NCBI GenBank assembly: GCA_016839585.1
Contig: JAEOTZ010000033.1
Span: 1-63,708 of the forward strand
Length of the DNA stretch: 63,708 bases
Reading direction: 5' to 3'
Source: Promethearchaeota archaeon
Lineage (GTDB): Archaea > Asgardarchaeota > Lokiarchaeia > Sigyniarchaeales > SOKP01
Below, in pieces: positions 52,834 to 62,657 of the stretch. How positions within the stretch are numbered: position 1 is the first letter of the stretch; every line of letters begins with the position of its first letter. Below the pieces are notes generated by a model. It did not search any database. It was given only the letters and a program-made list of their open reading frames with translations, and was not told the origin of the DNA. Made by a program: the position numbers and the translations under genes.

Positions 52834-53346
52834 TTAAGGTCTATAATATATAGCATCGTAGTAAGTAAATCTGTTTGGTCCGCAATGATTATTACACAGA
52901 AAAATAAACCAATTATCCAAACATGGTGCAGTAAAATTATAATAAAATCCATAATATCGTGGATATGTTATGATATTATATACTTCTTCTAATATTGGAT
53001 CATTCTCATGATCAAAATAAGGATCTTCTACTGCTCTACTAAAGTCTTCAAACATATCACTTGAAACCACATATAGAAATGGATGTTCAAATTGATCGGT
53101 ATCACTAAAATGATTTAAATATACCCAGTTTACTTCCATAGTATAATTTAAAACATAATAATCTTCACTAAAAGTAAGAGTAATCCTATAACTTTCCCAA
53201 TTTTTCATATATGGATCGTATGGTGGTGGTTCTGGTGTTTGCTGATTTTTATCTACAGGTTTTATTAAGATAATTGAATATAATGTCGATGTTACTATTA
53301 AGGACACTACTATTACAATAATTAAAAAAATAAATTTCTTTTTCAA
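52834..53346 (-). CDS. Membrane-anchored or secreted protein (cassette gene)
   Basis: TTG start at 53346 after GAGGT; KKK + TM + Pro-rich linker + beta-rich domain. Confidence 0.75.
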   Translation of the reverse strand: MKKKFIFLIIVIVVSLIVTSTLYSIILIKPVDKNQQTPEPPPYDPYMKNWESYRITLTFSEDYYVLNYTMEVNWVYLNHFSDTDQFEHPFLYVVSSDMFEDFSRAVEDPYFDHENDPILEEVYNIITYPRYYGFYYNFTAPCLDNWFIFLCNNHCGPNRFTYYDAIYYRP

Positions 53347-53435
53347 TTTTTTAACCTCTTTTTTATTTAAATTCATTTCTATTGGTGCTCTCGAAATGAG
53401 GCACACTTACAAATAAAATAAAAAAAAATTAATTA

Positions 53436-53726
53436 TTAAGTTTCTTCTGTTTTTTTCATATATTTTTTTATCCACTTATTTTGGAATTCGATAGTAGCTT
53501 CTTCCAATTTTTTCAACGATTTCAGATCTCTATCTGATGGTATATTTTTACTATATGCAATTCCCATAGCAATTGCCTTATCCTCTAATTTAGGATAGAG
53601 AGTAAGTGCAATTTTCGTTGTTAACATTTTTTCTTCAAGTTTAAGCTTCTTCCAATTAAAATAAATACTCATTAATATTACAATGGCACTACTTACTATT
53701 GATACTATAGCAATCAAATCACTCAT
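53436..53726 (-). CDS. Small single-TM protein (cassette gene)
   Basis: GGAGTGA SD; N-terminal TM followed by a helical tail. Confidence 0.75.
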   Translation of the reverse strand: MSDLIAIVSIVSSAIVILMSIYFNWKKLKLEEKMLTTKIALTLYPKLEDKAIAMGIAYSKNIPSDRDLKSLKKLEEATIEFQNKWIKKYMKKTEET

Positions 53727-53809
53727 CTTCTTTTCTCACTCCTTCATTAATTTCATTTTAATTGGTGCTCTGGAAGTCAGACACACTTACAAAAAAAATA
53801 AATTGATTA

Positions 53810-54115
53810 ATTATTTCTTAAATTCCTGTTTAAAAAGATATTCTTGATCTGAAATATCAATATTAAATCTGTTACCAAGCCATTTAATTATTTATTTTAT
53901 TGTTTTAAATATTTCATATTGCTCATTTGTATATCCCTCTTTACCTTTACATTCTAATTCATTATGATATTCATCCTGTAAAGCAATAACCATCTCTTCT
54001 GCTATAATTTCTTAAAAAAATCAAATCTATGTAAAAAATATTTACTACAAAGAAATAATCGAAATAACTTTATTGTTCCTTCTTGATAAATCCAAAGAAT
54101 AATATCTTTTATCAA
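53810..54115 (-). pseudogene. Frameshifted hypothetical gene upstream of repeat 3
   Basis: Intact 3' part (EIIAEEMVIALQDEYH...QEFKK*); disrupted near a T-run at ~54012-54020. Confidence 0.4.
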
Positions 54116-54204
54116 ATTACCAATTTGTCGTAGTTTATATAGATTTTCTTCAATAATATAATAAAAAAATCCTTTGACAAAATCAGATTGTAGGTAGGAT
54201 TAAT

Positions 54205-54459
54205 ATGGCAAAAAGCGAAATGATAGAAATAATCCAGGGATCAAAGGAGTTTTTATCTCCTTTACAATATAATATACTTAAAACCTTACGATCCCTTGGG
54301 CCCTTAACACGTAAGGATTTAGTAAAAGAACTGAAAAACCCAAGAACCACAATTTATGACAACCTTATAAAGCTTCAGAAACGTAAAAGAATTGAAAAAT
54401 ACTCACGCAATAATGGGAGAATAGGAAGACCCAGCGTTTTTTGGAAGATGAGAGATTAA
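54205..54459 (+). CDS. TrmB/MarR-like wHTH protein
   Basis: GPLTRKDLVKEL..PRTTIYDNL...GRP...W. Confidence 0.85.
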   Translation: MAKSEMIEIIQGSKEFLSPLQYNILKTLRSLGPLTRKDLVKELKNPRTTIYDNLIKLQKRKRIEKYSRNNGRIGRPSVFWKMRD

Positions 54460-54496
54460 ATAATATTTGAAAGAAATCTTCGAGTGTGTCTGAAAA

Positions 54497-55006
54497 ATGC
54501 ATGAAATCGACTTGACACAATTTAATCCTGAATTGCTTTATGATAAAATAGTAGAAGTAGTTTCAAAAAATTTAGGTTGGGTAAACTTTCAAAAAGCAGT
54601 TTTCGAGTATGTTGAAGAACGGGATTATTGTCTATTAGAATTGGAAGAAATATTCGGAATTAAAGGATCTGAGATAAAGAATTTCGAAGGAGATGCAAAA
54701 GTTTTGTATGAAGCATTAAAACAGGCGTTTCCTGATGTTAGACTCTCAGAAGACCAAGAAAAAGAATTGAAAAAAGTTTTTTTAGAAATTTTAATGCTTG
54801 ATTTGGATGAAATCCTTTACTTAATTAAAATTTCTGATGATCAATTATCCAGATTTAAAGAGATCAGGAAGTATGAAAAATTTAAATACAGACATATAGA
54901 TTATTATCAACAATCCATTAAATTAAAAAGGATTGATGACAAACTTAATGAAATTTTTTTTTATCAATATAAAACAAGTGTAGATAATGAAATTAAGCAA
55001 AAATGA
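54497..55006 (+). CDS. Hypothetical protein
   Basis: 169-aa ORF. Confidence 0.7.
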   Translation: MHEIDLTQFNPELLYDKIVEVVSKNLGWVNFQKAVFEYVEERDYCLLELEEIFGIKGSEIKNFEGDAKVLYEALKQAFPDVRLSEDQEKELKKVFLEILMLDLDEILYLIKISDDQLSRFKEIRKYEKFKYRHIDYYQQSIKLKRIDDKLNEIFFYQYKTSVDNEIKQK

Positions 55007-55032
55007 GTGAAGAAACAATTATAAAAGCAATT

Positions 55033-55285
55033 TTAATTTGTTATAGAAATTGTTTCAAAATCACTATATTTTTTCAAGACTAATCTCAGAATATCTTCAA
55101 AACATTCTAAAATCCCTTCCCCAGTTATTGCTATTGTATAACGTGAATTTATGTTTTTAAAATCAAGAATCTTAATCTCTTTTAAGAATTGTATGGAATC
55201 TAATTTCTCTGGTAAATCTTGTTTATTAAAAGCAAGAATAATTGGAAGATCTTCAATAGTTTCATTAAAATAAGAAATTAATTCC
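55033..55285 (-). pseudogene. C-terminal fragment of an Arf/Rab-like small GTPase
   Basis: Manual translation: ELISYF...LPIILAFNKQDLP...TIAITGEGILECFE (G4 and G5 present; G1-G3 missing). Confidence 0.8.
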
Positions 55286-55630
55286 GCCCGTTAAAATAAC
55301 TCCAAGAACGAGAAAAGGTAAAATATACTCTTTAGATTTATTAGAAACTGATTATAAACTTGGTATATGTGTTACAAGATGGAGACCTAGAAATGCTCTT
55401 GAAAATGATCCAGCACGCATTTATGCAAATGAAAAGTTAAGAGAATTTGTTAAAAATTCTAAAAAACACTAACTAAAAATTTCTAATAAACACTAATTCT
55501 ACCAAAACTAGCGATAAAGAGGGTTGTATCGTTTTTTCCCCGAGTAATTAGGATATAATGAGGGACAGCAGAGAGACAGGACAAGAATATGGGGAAAGAG
55601 ATATTTTTCTTTTGTATTTATTAATATTAT

Positions 55631-57088
55631 TTAATTTTCTTTTAATTTAATATCATGGATAGTTATTCTTTCTGTTTTTATATCAAAAATTACCGCTTTC
55701 ATGAATACATAATTATATTTCATTAGATTATTCAGTGCATAATCTATAATGCTTTTTAAGTTCATATTATCTATGATGTAATTGTCTTGTTCAAATTTAG
55801 TATTCATTAAAGAAAATAAGTATAAATTATCATTTTTAAAATCATATGCACTTATAGTAGAATTACTATTTTTATGATGCCATTCTACTGGTTTAAATTT
55901 TTTTAAAGATTTTAGAAAGTCAAAATATTTTTCTTCAAATATTCGAAATTTGTAAAGATCATATTCCTCTTGAACTTTTCTTATGATATTACTAATTGCA
56001 GGTTTTTTTAAATTATTATATGCTTTAGTAATTTCATCTAATGAGTTAATCTTACTTTTTGAGAAAATCTGTAGATCTCTCTTGACATTTTTCCATTTGA
56101 CATTTAATTCTAAGAGATGATAGATATCATCATCATATATTCTAATTAGTGGTCTAAATGTCTTGGCAGCTTGCTTCTCATCATAAATATAATTATCTAT
56201 ATTATTCCTTAAAGTTGCTAATTGATATGTTATTAAATACCCATCACTTAAAATCTCATAACATTCTTCGATAAGAATTTTATCACATAAAACACACCTT
56301 TCCCATCCCTCGATCTCGTAAAGATCTAAATTCTCTTCCTTGACTTGTGTGCGTAGTGAAAGAATTTCTCTTTTACATCGGTCTAATAATCTTTTATTAC
56401 CCTCAAATGAATTATATTTCCAGAAAATGTGTGATAATTCATGATTATATTTGGTCATACCCCAATAACCTGGAAATCCATTAAAAATATCATCAGGAAT
56501 ATCCGACAATTCTTTTGCATTTTCCAATTCTTCTTCTTGATGAATCTTCTTAATTTCATCATGAAATTCTTTTAATTTTTTATAGATCTCCTTAAATCTT
56601 TCTTTATATTGTTCATCTTTTAAAAATGATTCATTATCCATGATTTTTTTTATAAATTCTTTTGAATAACTAATTGATCTGGTTCCAATCTTATAATCAA
56701 TTCGAGATTCATTTTCCTCACTAGGCACATGATTTCTAATAACCTCTCTATCGTCATCAATTTTAATAATGTAATTAATCCTTTTGACAACTTCCTCATC
56801 AATATAATTTTCTTCTATATATTTATCTCTATTTTTTGCATTTCTTTCTATTTTGATTAAAGATTTTATATTACTCTTATCAAATTGTCTATTGATTCTT
56901 TCAAAAAGTTGAAGTCTCTCATCATAAAGCAAATCATATTCTGAAAGTTGTTGCATACATTCTTTTCTTTTACTCTCTGTCCATTCAATAGAATTTCCAT
57001 AGATAATTCTTTCAGGTATTTCAAAATAATACTTTAAGTACCAATCGTCTGGTTTTCTATGAGGATTTATCATATTATGATTATTCAT
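55631..57088 (-). CDS. Hypothetical helical protein
   Basis: 485-aa ORF, one CxxC. Confidence 0.75.
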   Translation of the reverse strand: MNNHNMINPHRKPDDWYLKYYFEIPERIIYGNSIEWTESKRKECMQQLSEYDLLYDERLQLFERINRQFDKSNIKSLIKIERNAKNRDKYIEENYIDEEVVKRINYIIKIDDDREVIRNHVPSEENESRIDYKIGTRSISYSKEFIKKIMDNESFLKDEQYKERFKEIYKKLKEFHDEIKKIHQEEELENAKELSDIPDDIFNGFPGYWGMTKYNHELSHIFWKYNSFEGNKRLLDRCKREILSLRTQVKEENLDLYEIEGWERCVLCDKILIEECYEILSDGYLITYQLATLRNNIDNYIYDEKQAAKTFRPLIRIYDDDIYHLLELNVKWKNVKRDLQIFSKSKINSLDEITKAYNNLKKPAISNIIRKVQEEYDLYKFRIFEEKYFDFLKSLKKFKPVEWHHKNSNSTISAYDFKNDNLYLFSLMNTKFEQDNYIIDNMNLKSIIDYALNNLMKYNYVFMKAVIFDIKTERITIHDIKLKEN

Positions 57089-57168
57089 AATTATAATAAT
57101 TCATATGATGTATATAAATCTTTCACATGAAATGTTTAAATCATTTATCACATTTGGTATAAAAATGT

Positions 57169-57441
57169 CTAGAAAAGTCGATACTTTTTATATTGATCAT
57201 ATAAGGTTATGTTTAAATTTGGGGGATATTCTATATCCACAAGATATAGTTCCTCTGGATTATCAATATTATATAGAATCTCCACATCTATCTCATCAAT
57301 TACTCTCGTATAGTTATTTAGTCCTCCGTCATCGTTATATTGGAATAGCATATCCAGGAATGGAGCAAGAAAAGAGAGAAACATTAATAAAACCACAATA
57401 CCGAATCCAAAAAGTAATGCTTTTTCAAATAGTTCTGCCAT
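57169..57441 (-). CDS. Pilin-like protein, probably truncated
   Basis: MAELFEKALLFGFGIVVLL... resembles the N-terminus of 49376-49750. Confidence 0.55.
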   Translation of the reverse strand: MAELFEKALLFGFGIVVLLMFLSFLAPFLDMLFQYNDDGGLNNYTRVIDEIDVEILYNIDNPEELYLVDIEYPPNLNITLYDQYKKYRLF

Positions 57442-57638
57442 AAAATCTAATTTAAAATAAAAATTTAAAATCCACATATTTTAGAGAAGCATTAAGATCT
57501 TTATAAAGAAAAAATTTTACTTTGTTGTTGGGTTATTAAAAATTTCCACTGTCATTAACCTTTTATTGATTTTTAATCAAAAATTTTTATGCTTAAGGTC
57601 AAGCAAAAAATAAATTTCAATAAGGTTCAATTTTATTA

Positions 57639-58400
57639 ATGATAGGAAATAACAATTTTCTGGGAAGGCATAATTTTGCAGAGAAGAGTCTATTGGGAAT
57701 TGCTTTTCGTTCACATAATTTTGATAATATACCTCCAATAATAGGTATTATACTCGCAGACCAATATGGAAATGTCCTAATGGTTAATGAATATGATTCT
57801 AATGATAAATATGTTTATGGTCCAATAAAATCATATTTGACTAAAAATGATGAAAATTTTCTAGAAATTGATCTAATTTCCGGGTATTTTAGTGCCTTTA
57901 AGACCTTTGCAGGAAATGTTAATATTCAAAATCTTTCACACCTTGAAATTCACGGTTCCAATATTAAGATTCAGATTTATTTTTTGCTTGGTACTTATAT
58001 GATTATTGTTTTTCTTAATTCTTTTACAGATTTGAATTCAAAACAGAAGTCATACATTTTAGAATACTTTCAAAAGATTCTGAAGGAGTATGAAAATGAT
58101 TTTAATAATTTTAATGCACCAAAATCTAGAAAAATTCTTGGGATATTAGAATCCAATGGAAAAAGATGGCTCAAAAACTTAAACACTATTTATATCAATA
58201 GTTTTAAAGAAATTTATTTGAAATACCATGAAGTTATTGGTGAATTTGATAATGAAATAGAGCCAATAATTCAAAATGTATTATGCGAATATTTTAAAAA
58301 TGTAACAGAAGACCTGACTTATGATTTGACAAAAGAAATAAAAAATCAAATTCAAGACAAGCTATTCGATATTCTTCCACGTCTATTTAAAAATTTATAG
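57639..58400 (+). CDS. Longin/roadblock-like domain protein
   Basis: IGIILADQYGN...LISGYFSAFKTFA...LEIHGSNIKIQIYF...MIIVFL pattern. Confidence 0.6.
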   Translation: MIGNNNFLGRHNFAEKSLLGIAFRSHNFDNIPPIIGIILADQYGNVLMVNEYDSNDKYVYGPIKSYLTKNDENFLEIDLISGYFSAFKTFAGNVNIQNLSHLEIHGSNIKIQIYFLLGTYMIIVFLNSFTDLNSKQKSYILEYFQKILKEYENDFNNFNAPKSRKILGILESNGKRWLKNLNTIYINSFKEIYLKYHEVIGEFDNEIEPIIQNVLCEYFKNVTEDLTYDLTKEIKNQIQDKLFDILPRLFKNL

Positions 58401-58421
58401 AAAAACCTATTTTTATTTATT

Positions 58422-59030
58422 TCAAAGAAAAATTTTGTGGTTAATTAAATATAATTTTATTTCTTCTTTGAATTTATGATATTTATCAGGAGTTAAATTA
58501 ACCTTTAAATCCAAAAGAATTTCAGGGAGTTCAATAAAAAAACCTATTAATATATCTTTGTAATAATCATCACCGTAAAAATTTTTTGAATGAATTTGTC
58601 TAGAGTGAATTCTATGATATGACTCCTCTTTTTTACCATTTTTAGTATCATAGGTTAATGATGCTGGTGAACCAAATTTTTTCTCGGGATTCTTAAGATT
58701 TGAGATATTTTTATTTTTTTTCAGATTAAATTTTAAAATTTCTCTGAGAGTTTGGTTTTTAATTATTTTTCCTTGTTTTGTTATTGAAATAACTTGAGGT
58801 CGTTTATGCGATTTCATTATTTAATTTAAACTTTTTAATTTCTTTAAGGCAAGGGATACTTGGCTTTTACTCCTATTTAAATATGAGGTAAGTTCTTCAA
58901 AACTTGTATTTCCATTATTATGGTTTAAAAATAACAGAATTTTTAGACTCATCATAGAGATTGTCTTATTGCTGTTATCTTGCAGCTTAACTTCTTGGAT
59001 AACACTCAAAACATTGTCCCACCTTATCAT
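58422..59030 (-). pseudogene. MarR-like wHTH gene split by an in-frame TAA (58821-58823)
   Basis: ...SKSQVSLALKKLKSLN*IMKSHKRPQVISITKQGK: both listed ORFs share a frame and together form one wHTH. Confidence 0.7.
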
Positions 59031-59070
59031 TACAAAATCGATTTGAAATTAAATCTAAATTATTTCCTTT

Positions 59071-59185
59071 TTGTTAACAATTTATAAACTAAATCTATTT
59101 AAATAAAAAATTCAAGTTAACATGTTGTTAACAGAGATTAATTTGTTTATATGTTATAGACTAACAAGTTTACAAATTGTAAACT
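59071..59185. promoter_or_regulatory. Palindromic operator-like sites in a divergent promoter
   Basis: TTGTTAACAA (59071), GTTAACATGTTGTTAAC (59116) and AGTTTACAAATTGTAAACT (59167). Confidence 0.5.
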
Positions 59186-59302
59186 AATCTAAAAATAAAA
59201 AAATGGAATAGAATCTAATTTCGCTTTTTTATTTAAATATGACCAATAGATTAGACCTTTAATCATAGTAATTTCTTAAAACAAATATGATAAGGTGATG
59301 AA

Positions 59303-59692
59303 ATGTCCTCTAATATATTTATACATACTCAAAGTCCTAAAGAATGCAGTTTGTGTTTTATGGAAATTCGAGATAATCAAAAATTCTACTCAGCAAAAGG
59401 TTGTGTAGGTTGTGCTTGCTATGAATGTTCTATGGAACTACCTGAAGATGAATTAGAAAAATTGATTTTTTTATTTGAATTTTGTCAAGCTAATATTACT
59501 GGTGATAAAGATAGTAAAGAAATTCTTAGAGATATTCTATTAAGGGTGAGAAGAGAAATATTTAATTTAAAAGCTCGTGAAATAAATATAAATTACTGGT
59601 ATCGATTAATTGAAGATAAAGTATGTCTAATAGGACTTAATTTTAAAGAATCATTTAAGTTAAACCTAATCAATCGATATCATAGTGATTGA
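59303..59692 (+). CDS. Cys-rich Zn-finger (RING-like) protein
   Basis: CSLC...CVGCACYEC; AGGTGA SD. Confidence 0.65.
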   Translation: MSSNIFIHTQSPKECSLCFMEIRDNQKFYSAKGCVGCACYECSMELPEDELEKLIFLFEFCQANITGDKDSKEILRDILLRVRREIFNLKAREININYWYRLIEDKVCLIGLNFKESFKLNLINRYHSD

Positions 59693-59717
59693 ACAACTTA
59701 GTAGATTAAAAATATTG

Positions 59718-60015
59718 GATTTTAGATTTTGAAGAGAAAAAGAAAGAAAAACTTAAAGAATCTGAAGAAATCTTTAATATCATTGATAATGCTGAAAGAA
59801 TGGCAAAAGAATACGAAAAAGAAAGAAAAAAGGGTAGAATCCTTCATCTTGATTGTCCTTATGAAAAAATAATAGAAATTTACAAAAAAGCTGAAAAAAA
59901 ATTAGAAAATATTGGTTGGAAAGAAGAGTCAAGTAAATTGTTTGATTCAATTGAATATTATAACGACAAGCTTAAAAAAGATAAAAGATTAAGAGAAATT
60001 GAAGCGAAAAAATAA
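59718..60015 (+). pseudogene. Partial duplicate of the 3' half of 61989-62657
   Basis: 59718-60004 aligns without gaps to 62348-62634. Confidence 0.85.
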
Positions 60016-60033
60016 TGGAGGGAAGTGACTTAA

Positions 60034-60207
60034 ATAAGGCTAAAAGTATGTTTCAAGTGTCATGAATATGTGCCTGTTCTTGAAAATAATTTTATCAATA
60101 AAAAACAATTGGAAAAGTTTGATTCATTACATTCCAGCCATCCTGTTCAGATTGTAAATAAAGAAGAGTTAGTTGATATAAAGGAATGGAAAAATCCTTT
60201 TATATAA
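60034..60207 (+). CDS. Small CxxC...HxxH protein (ATA start)
   Basis: Manual translation: IRLKVCFKCHEYVPV...FDSLHSSHPVQIV. Confidence 0.6.
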   Translation: MRLKVCFKCHEYVPVLENNFINKKQLEKFDSLHSSHPVQIVNKEELVDIKEWKNPFI

Positions 60208-60429
60208 ATTATTTTATAAAAGAACTTAGAATTTCTATGGTTTCCTACCTTTATTCAACCGAAAAATGTAAAAGCTTTTTGGAAAAGTAAGTTTTCAGAG
60301 AATTAGAGAATTTCTATTCCTATAAGGATTTCTATCAGATTTTCTGTAGAAAATCCCTTTGTAAAAAAGATTTAATACTCTATAAAATATAATATAAAAT
60401 ATTTAAAATGATCCAATTTGGTATAAAAT

Positions 60430-60606
60430 ATGTCTAAAGAGAAGAAGATCTTTACCTTAGAAAATGTAAGACTAGCTTCAATGGGACCAGATACTATTGT
60501 TTATATCCCAAGAGCTTTAGTTAAGCATAAAGTTCTTGATCCTGAAAAGAAATATAACGTGCATTTTGAAGAGATTCTTGAGGAAAAACAGGAAAAGGAA
60601 AATTAA
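60430..60606 (+). CDS. Small AbrB-like protein
   Basis: Manual translation: MSKEKKIFTLENVRLASMGPDTIVYIPRALVKHKVLDPEKKYNVHF. Confidence 0.65.
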   Translation: MSKEKKIFTLENVRLASMGPDTIVYIPRALVKHKVLDPEKKYNVHFEEILEEKQEKEN

Positions 60607-61142
60607 TCTCCTTCTCGATAGGAACAAGTATTATAAATATCAAACATTATTTTATTATCTTTTAGAAGTTTAATAATATCTGGGTGATAATCTAATACTA
60701 TTTTCTTTTTTTTAGTTATTTTTATTGTCTGTGGTATATATAATTTATTATGAGATTCTTTTAGTGGAATATAACTAGATAGATATGCTGTTTTATTGTT
60801 ATACTTAATATGACAAATGTAATTCTCGACATTGACTATTTTCTTATCTTTTCTAACTCCTCTGAATTGCAATGATACTGTTTTTTTATCATTTTCAACC
60901 TTAAAATATTCTACTAAATGTGATAGATCTTCGGGATGAACTATTTTATAAAATTCTCTTTTCTTCCATTGAGAAACTTCTTCTTCAGTATATCCAAATA
61001 TTTCACCAAATCTCTTATTAAAATATTTTAAATGGCCTCTTTGAATAATTGCAATTCCCATTGTAGATTTATCAGCAAAATGAAGAAATGTGTCATCCCT
61101 TAATTTAGTAGTAAATTCCTCATTAATTTCTATTCTTGACAT
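60603..61142 (-). CDS. Stand-alone PAS domain protein
   Basis: GIAIIQ...YFNKRFGEIFGYTEEE...IVHPED...RKD. Confidence 0.88.
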   Translation of the reverse strand: MSRIEINEEFTTKLRDDTFLHFADKSTMGIAIIQRGHLKYFNKRFGEIFGYTEEEVSQWKKREFYKIVHPEDLSHLVEYFKVENDKKTVSLQFRGVRKDKKIVNVENYICHIKYNNKTAYLSSYIPLKESHNKLYIPQTIKITKKKKIVLDYHPDIIKLLKDNKIMFDIYNTCSYREGD

Positions 61143-61407
61143 ATTCTTTATCCCTAACCAATTTTAATTTTTCCTTAGTTTGCTAATTTTTGGCAGTATA
61201 AATAAAATACTTTTCATATTTATGTTTTTTTAATGATAATTTGTGGTAAAAATTCATTTAAAGAATTTAAAAGATTTAAAGAAAAAATTAAAAAAAGAAG
61301 ATTTAAATTTATTTAATTTAATTATATTATTGCTATATAGGGAAGTCTATAGGGGATTTTATAAGAATACATTTTAATTTAATTAATTCATACATTAAAA
61401 ATAGAAG

Positions 61408-61974
61408 GTGGGAGAAATTAGCAATGATTTAGTCTTCAAAATATGTCTTTTTGGAGATAAAAATGTTGGAAAAACGTCATTAATCCAAAAAAGTATTCAA
61501 AAAATGTTCAATAAGGAAACAAAACCACCTACATGTATAGATTTTGCGATTAAAAAGTTAACAATGAATTCTTTTAAAATTGCACTTCAAATTTGGATTC
61601 TTAGAAGTGATCCTCAGTTTAAATTTCTTTTCCCCATTTTTACTGGAGGTGTATCCGGAGGTATTTTTATGTATGATATCACCAACTATTCCAGTATAAG
61701 TAACGTAGAAAAGTGGATAACAACATTTAAAGAAGGTTTATCTAATGATAGAAAGAAAATTCCTCTATTATTGGTTGGTGGAAAGTTAGATCTCCATAAA
61801 GAAAGAGTATTATCTAGAAATAATGCTAAAAAAATCTCAAAAAAATATAACTTCTTGAAATATTTCGAATGTTCCTCTAAAACTGGACAAAATATTGAAA
61901 AAATCTTTGAATCTTTAACGAGATCCATACTTAACCATGAAGATTATTTTAATAAAACTAAACAAAATATTTAA
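61408..61974 (+). CDS. Rab-like small GTPase with degenerate G3/G4
   Basis: FKICLFGDKNVGKTS, MYDITN and ECSSKTG; WDxxGQ is replaced by WILRSD and NKxD by GKLD. Confidence 0.88.
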   Translation: MGEISNDLVFKICLFGDKNVGKTSLIQKSIQKMFNKETKPPTCIDFAIKKLTMNSFKIALQIWILRSDPQFKFLFPIFTGGVSGGIFMYDITNYSSISNVEKWITTFKEGLSNDRKKIPLLLVGGKLDLHKERVLSRNNAKKISKKYNFLKYFECSSKTGQNIEKIFESLTRSILNHEDYFNKTKQNI

Positions 61975-61988
61975 AGGAAAAAAAAATT

Positions 61989-62657
61989 ATGGGTGAAAAA
62001 TTCAAAAGTCAAGTAGTCGCAGAAATGATAAATAATGTGGAAAAAATCGCCAGAGATTATGAGTTAGGCATTAAAAAAAACAAATTTGAAATAAAGTGTC
62101 CTTACCCAAAAATAATTCAAACCTATGAAAGCATAATACAAATGCTCATTAATTACGGTTGGAATGAGCAAGCCATGATTTACAATAATCAAATTAAATT
62201 TTATCAAGAAAAACTAGAGAAAGATAAAAAATTGCGCATAATTGAAGTTCAAAAAGTGCAAAAACAAAAAGAAATTGAAGGATTATATAAAAATAAGGAG
62301 ATAGATACAATTAAAGCAGTAATTCTCTCACTCAATAGAGAGGAGAAGATTTTAGATTTTGAAGAGAAAAAGAAAGAAAAAATTAAAGAGTCTGAAGAAA
62401 TCTTTAATATGATTAGTAATGCTGAAAGAATGGCAAAAGAATATGAAAAGGAAATAAATAAGGGTAGGATCCTTCATCTTGATTGTCCGTATGAAAAAAT
62501 AATAGAAATTTACAAAGAAGTTAAAAAAAGATTAGAAAGTATTGGTTGGAAAGAAGAGTCGAATAAATTGATTGATTCAATCAGATATTATAATGACAAA
62601 CTTGAAAAAGATAAAAGATTAAGAGAAATTGAAGAGAGAAAATTAGCTAAAGAATAA
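61989..62657 (+). CDS. Helical protein with two internal repeats
   Basis: Repeated A.xYE...CPY.KII.xY...GW.E...xY..KLEKDK.LR unit. Confidence 0.8.
   Translation: MGEKFKSQVVAEMINNVEKIARDYELGIKKNKFEIKCPYPKIIQTYESIIQMLINYGWNEQAMIYNNQIKFYQEKLEKDKKLRIIEVQKVQKQKEIEGLYKNKEIDTIKAVILSLNREEKILDFEEKKKEKIKESEEIFNMISNAERMAKEYEKEINKGRILHLDCPYEKIIEIYKEVKKRLESIGWKEESNKLIDSIRYYNDKLEKDKRLREIEERKLAKE

Larger units (their letters stand above)
52593..53792. repeat. Three 32-bp hairpin repeats ATTGGTG-N14-CACACTTACAA at 52593, 53381 and 53761
   Basis: Identical length and flanks; the variable core covaries (CAA/TTG, CTC/GAG, CTG/CAG around a GAnnT loop). Confidence 0.9.

Noticed and set aside
52593-53792. CRISPR array
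   Set aside because: The repeats are 380-790 bp apart, separated by whole genes, and have variable cores; no cas genes.
54228-54245. Fifth copy of the CCCTGGAT motif
   Set aside because: Short match antisense within a coding region, without the U-run or hairpins; the partial match at 37131-37145 is also too weak.
23255-58823. Stop-codon reassignment suggested by in-frame TAA in rnhA and the MarR-like gene
   Set aside because: TAA terminates many conserved genes in the window; simple nonsense mutations or sequencing errors suffice.
1093-61928. Many short antisense or overlapping ORFs in the track (e.g. 1093, 1702, 3731, 5508, 8676, 13315, 30583, 42474, 47005, 57105, 61686)
   Set aside because: They lie opposite or within well-supported genes and lack motifs.
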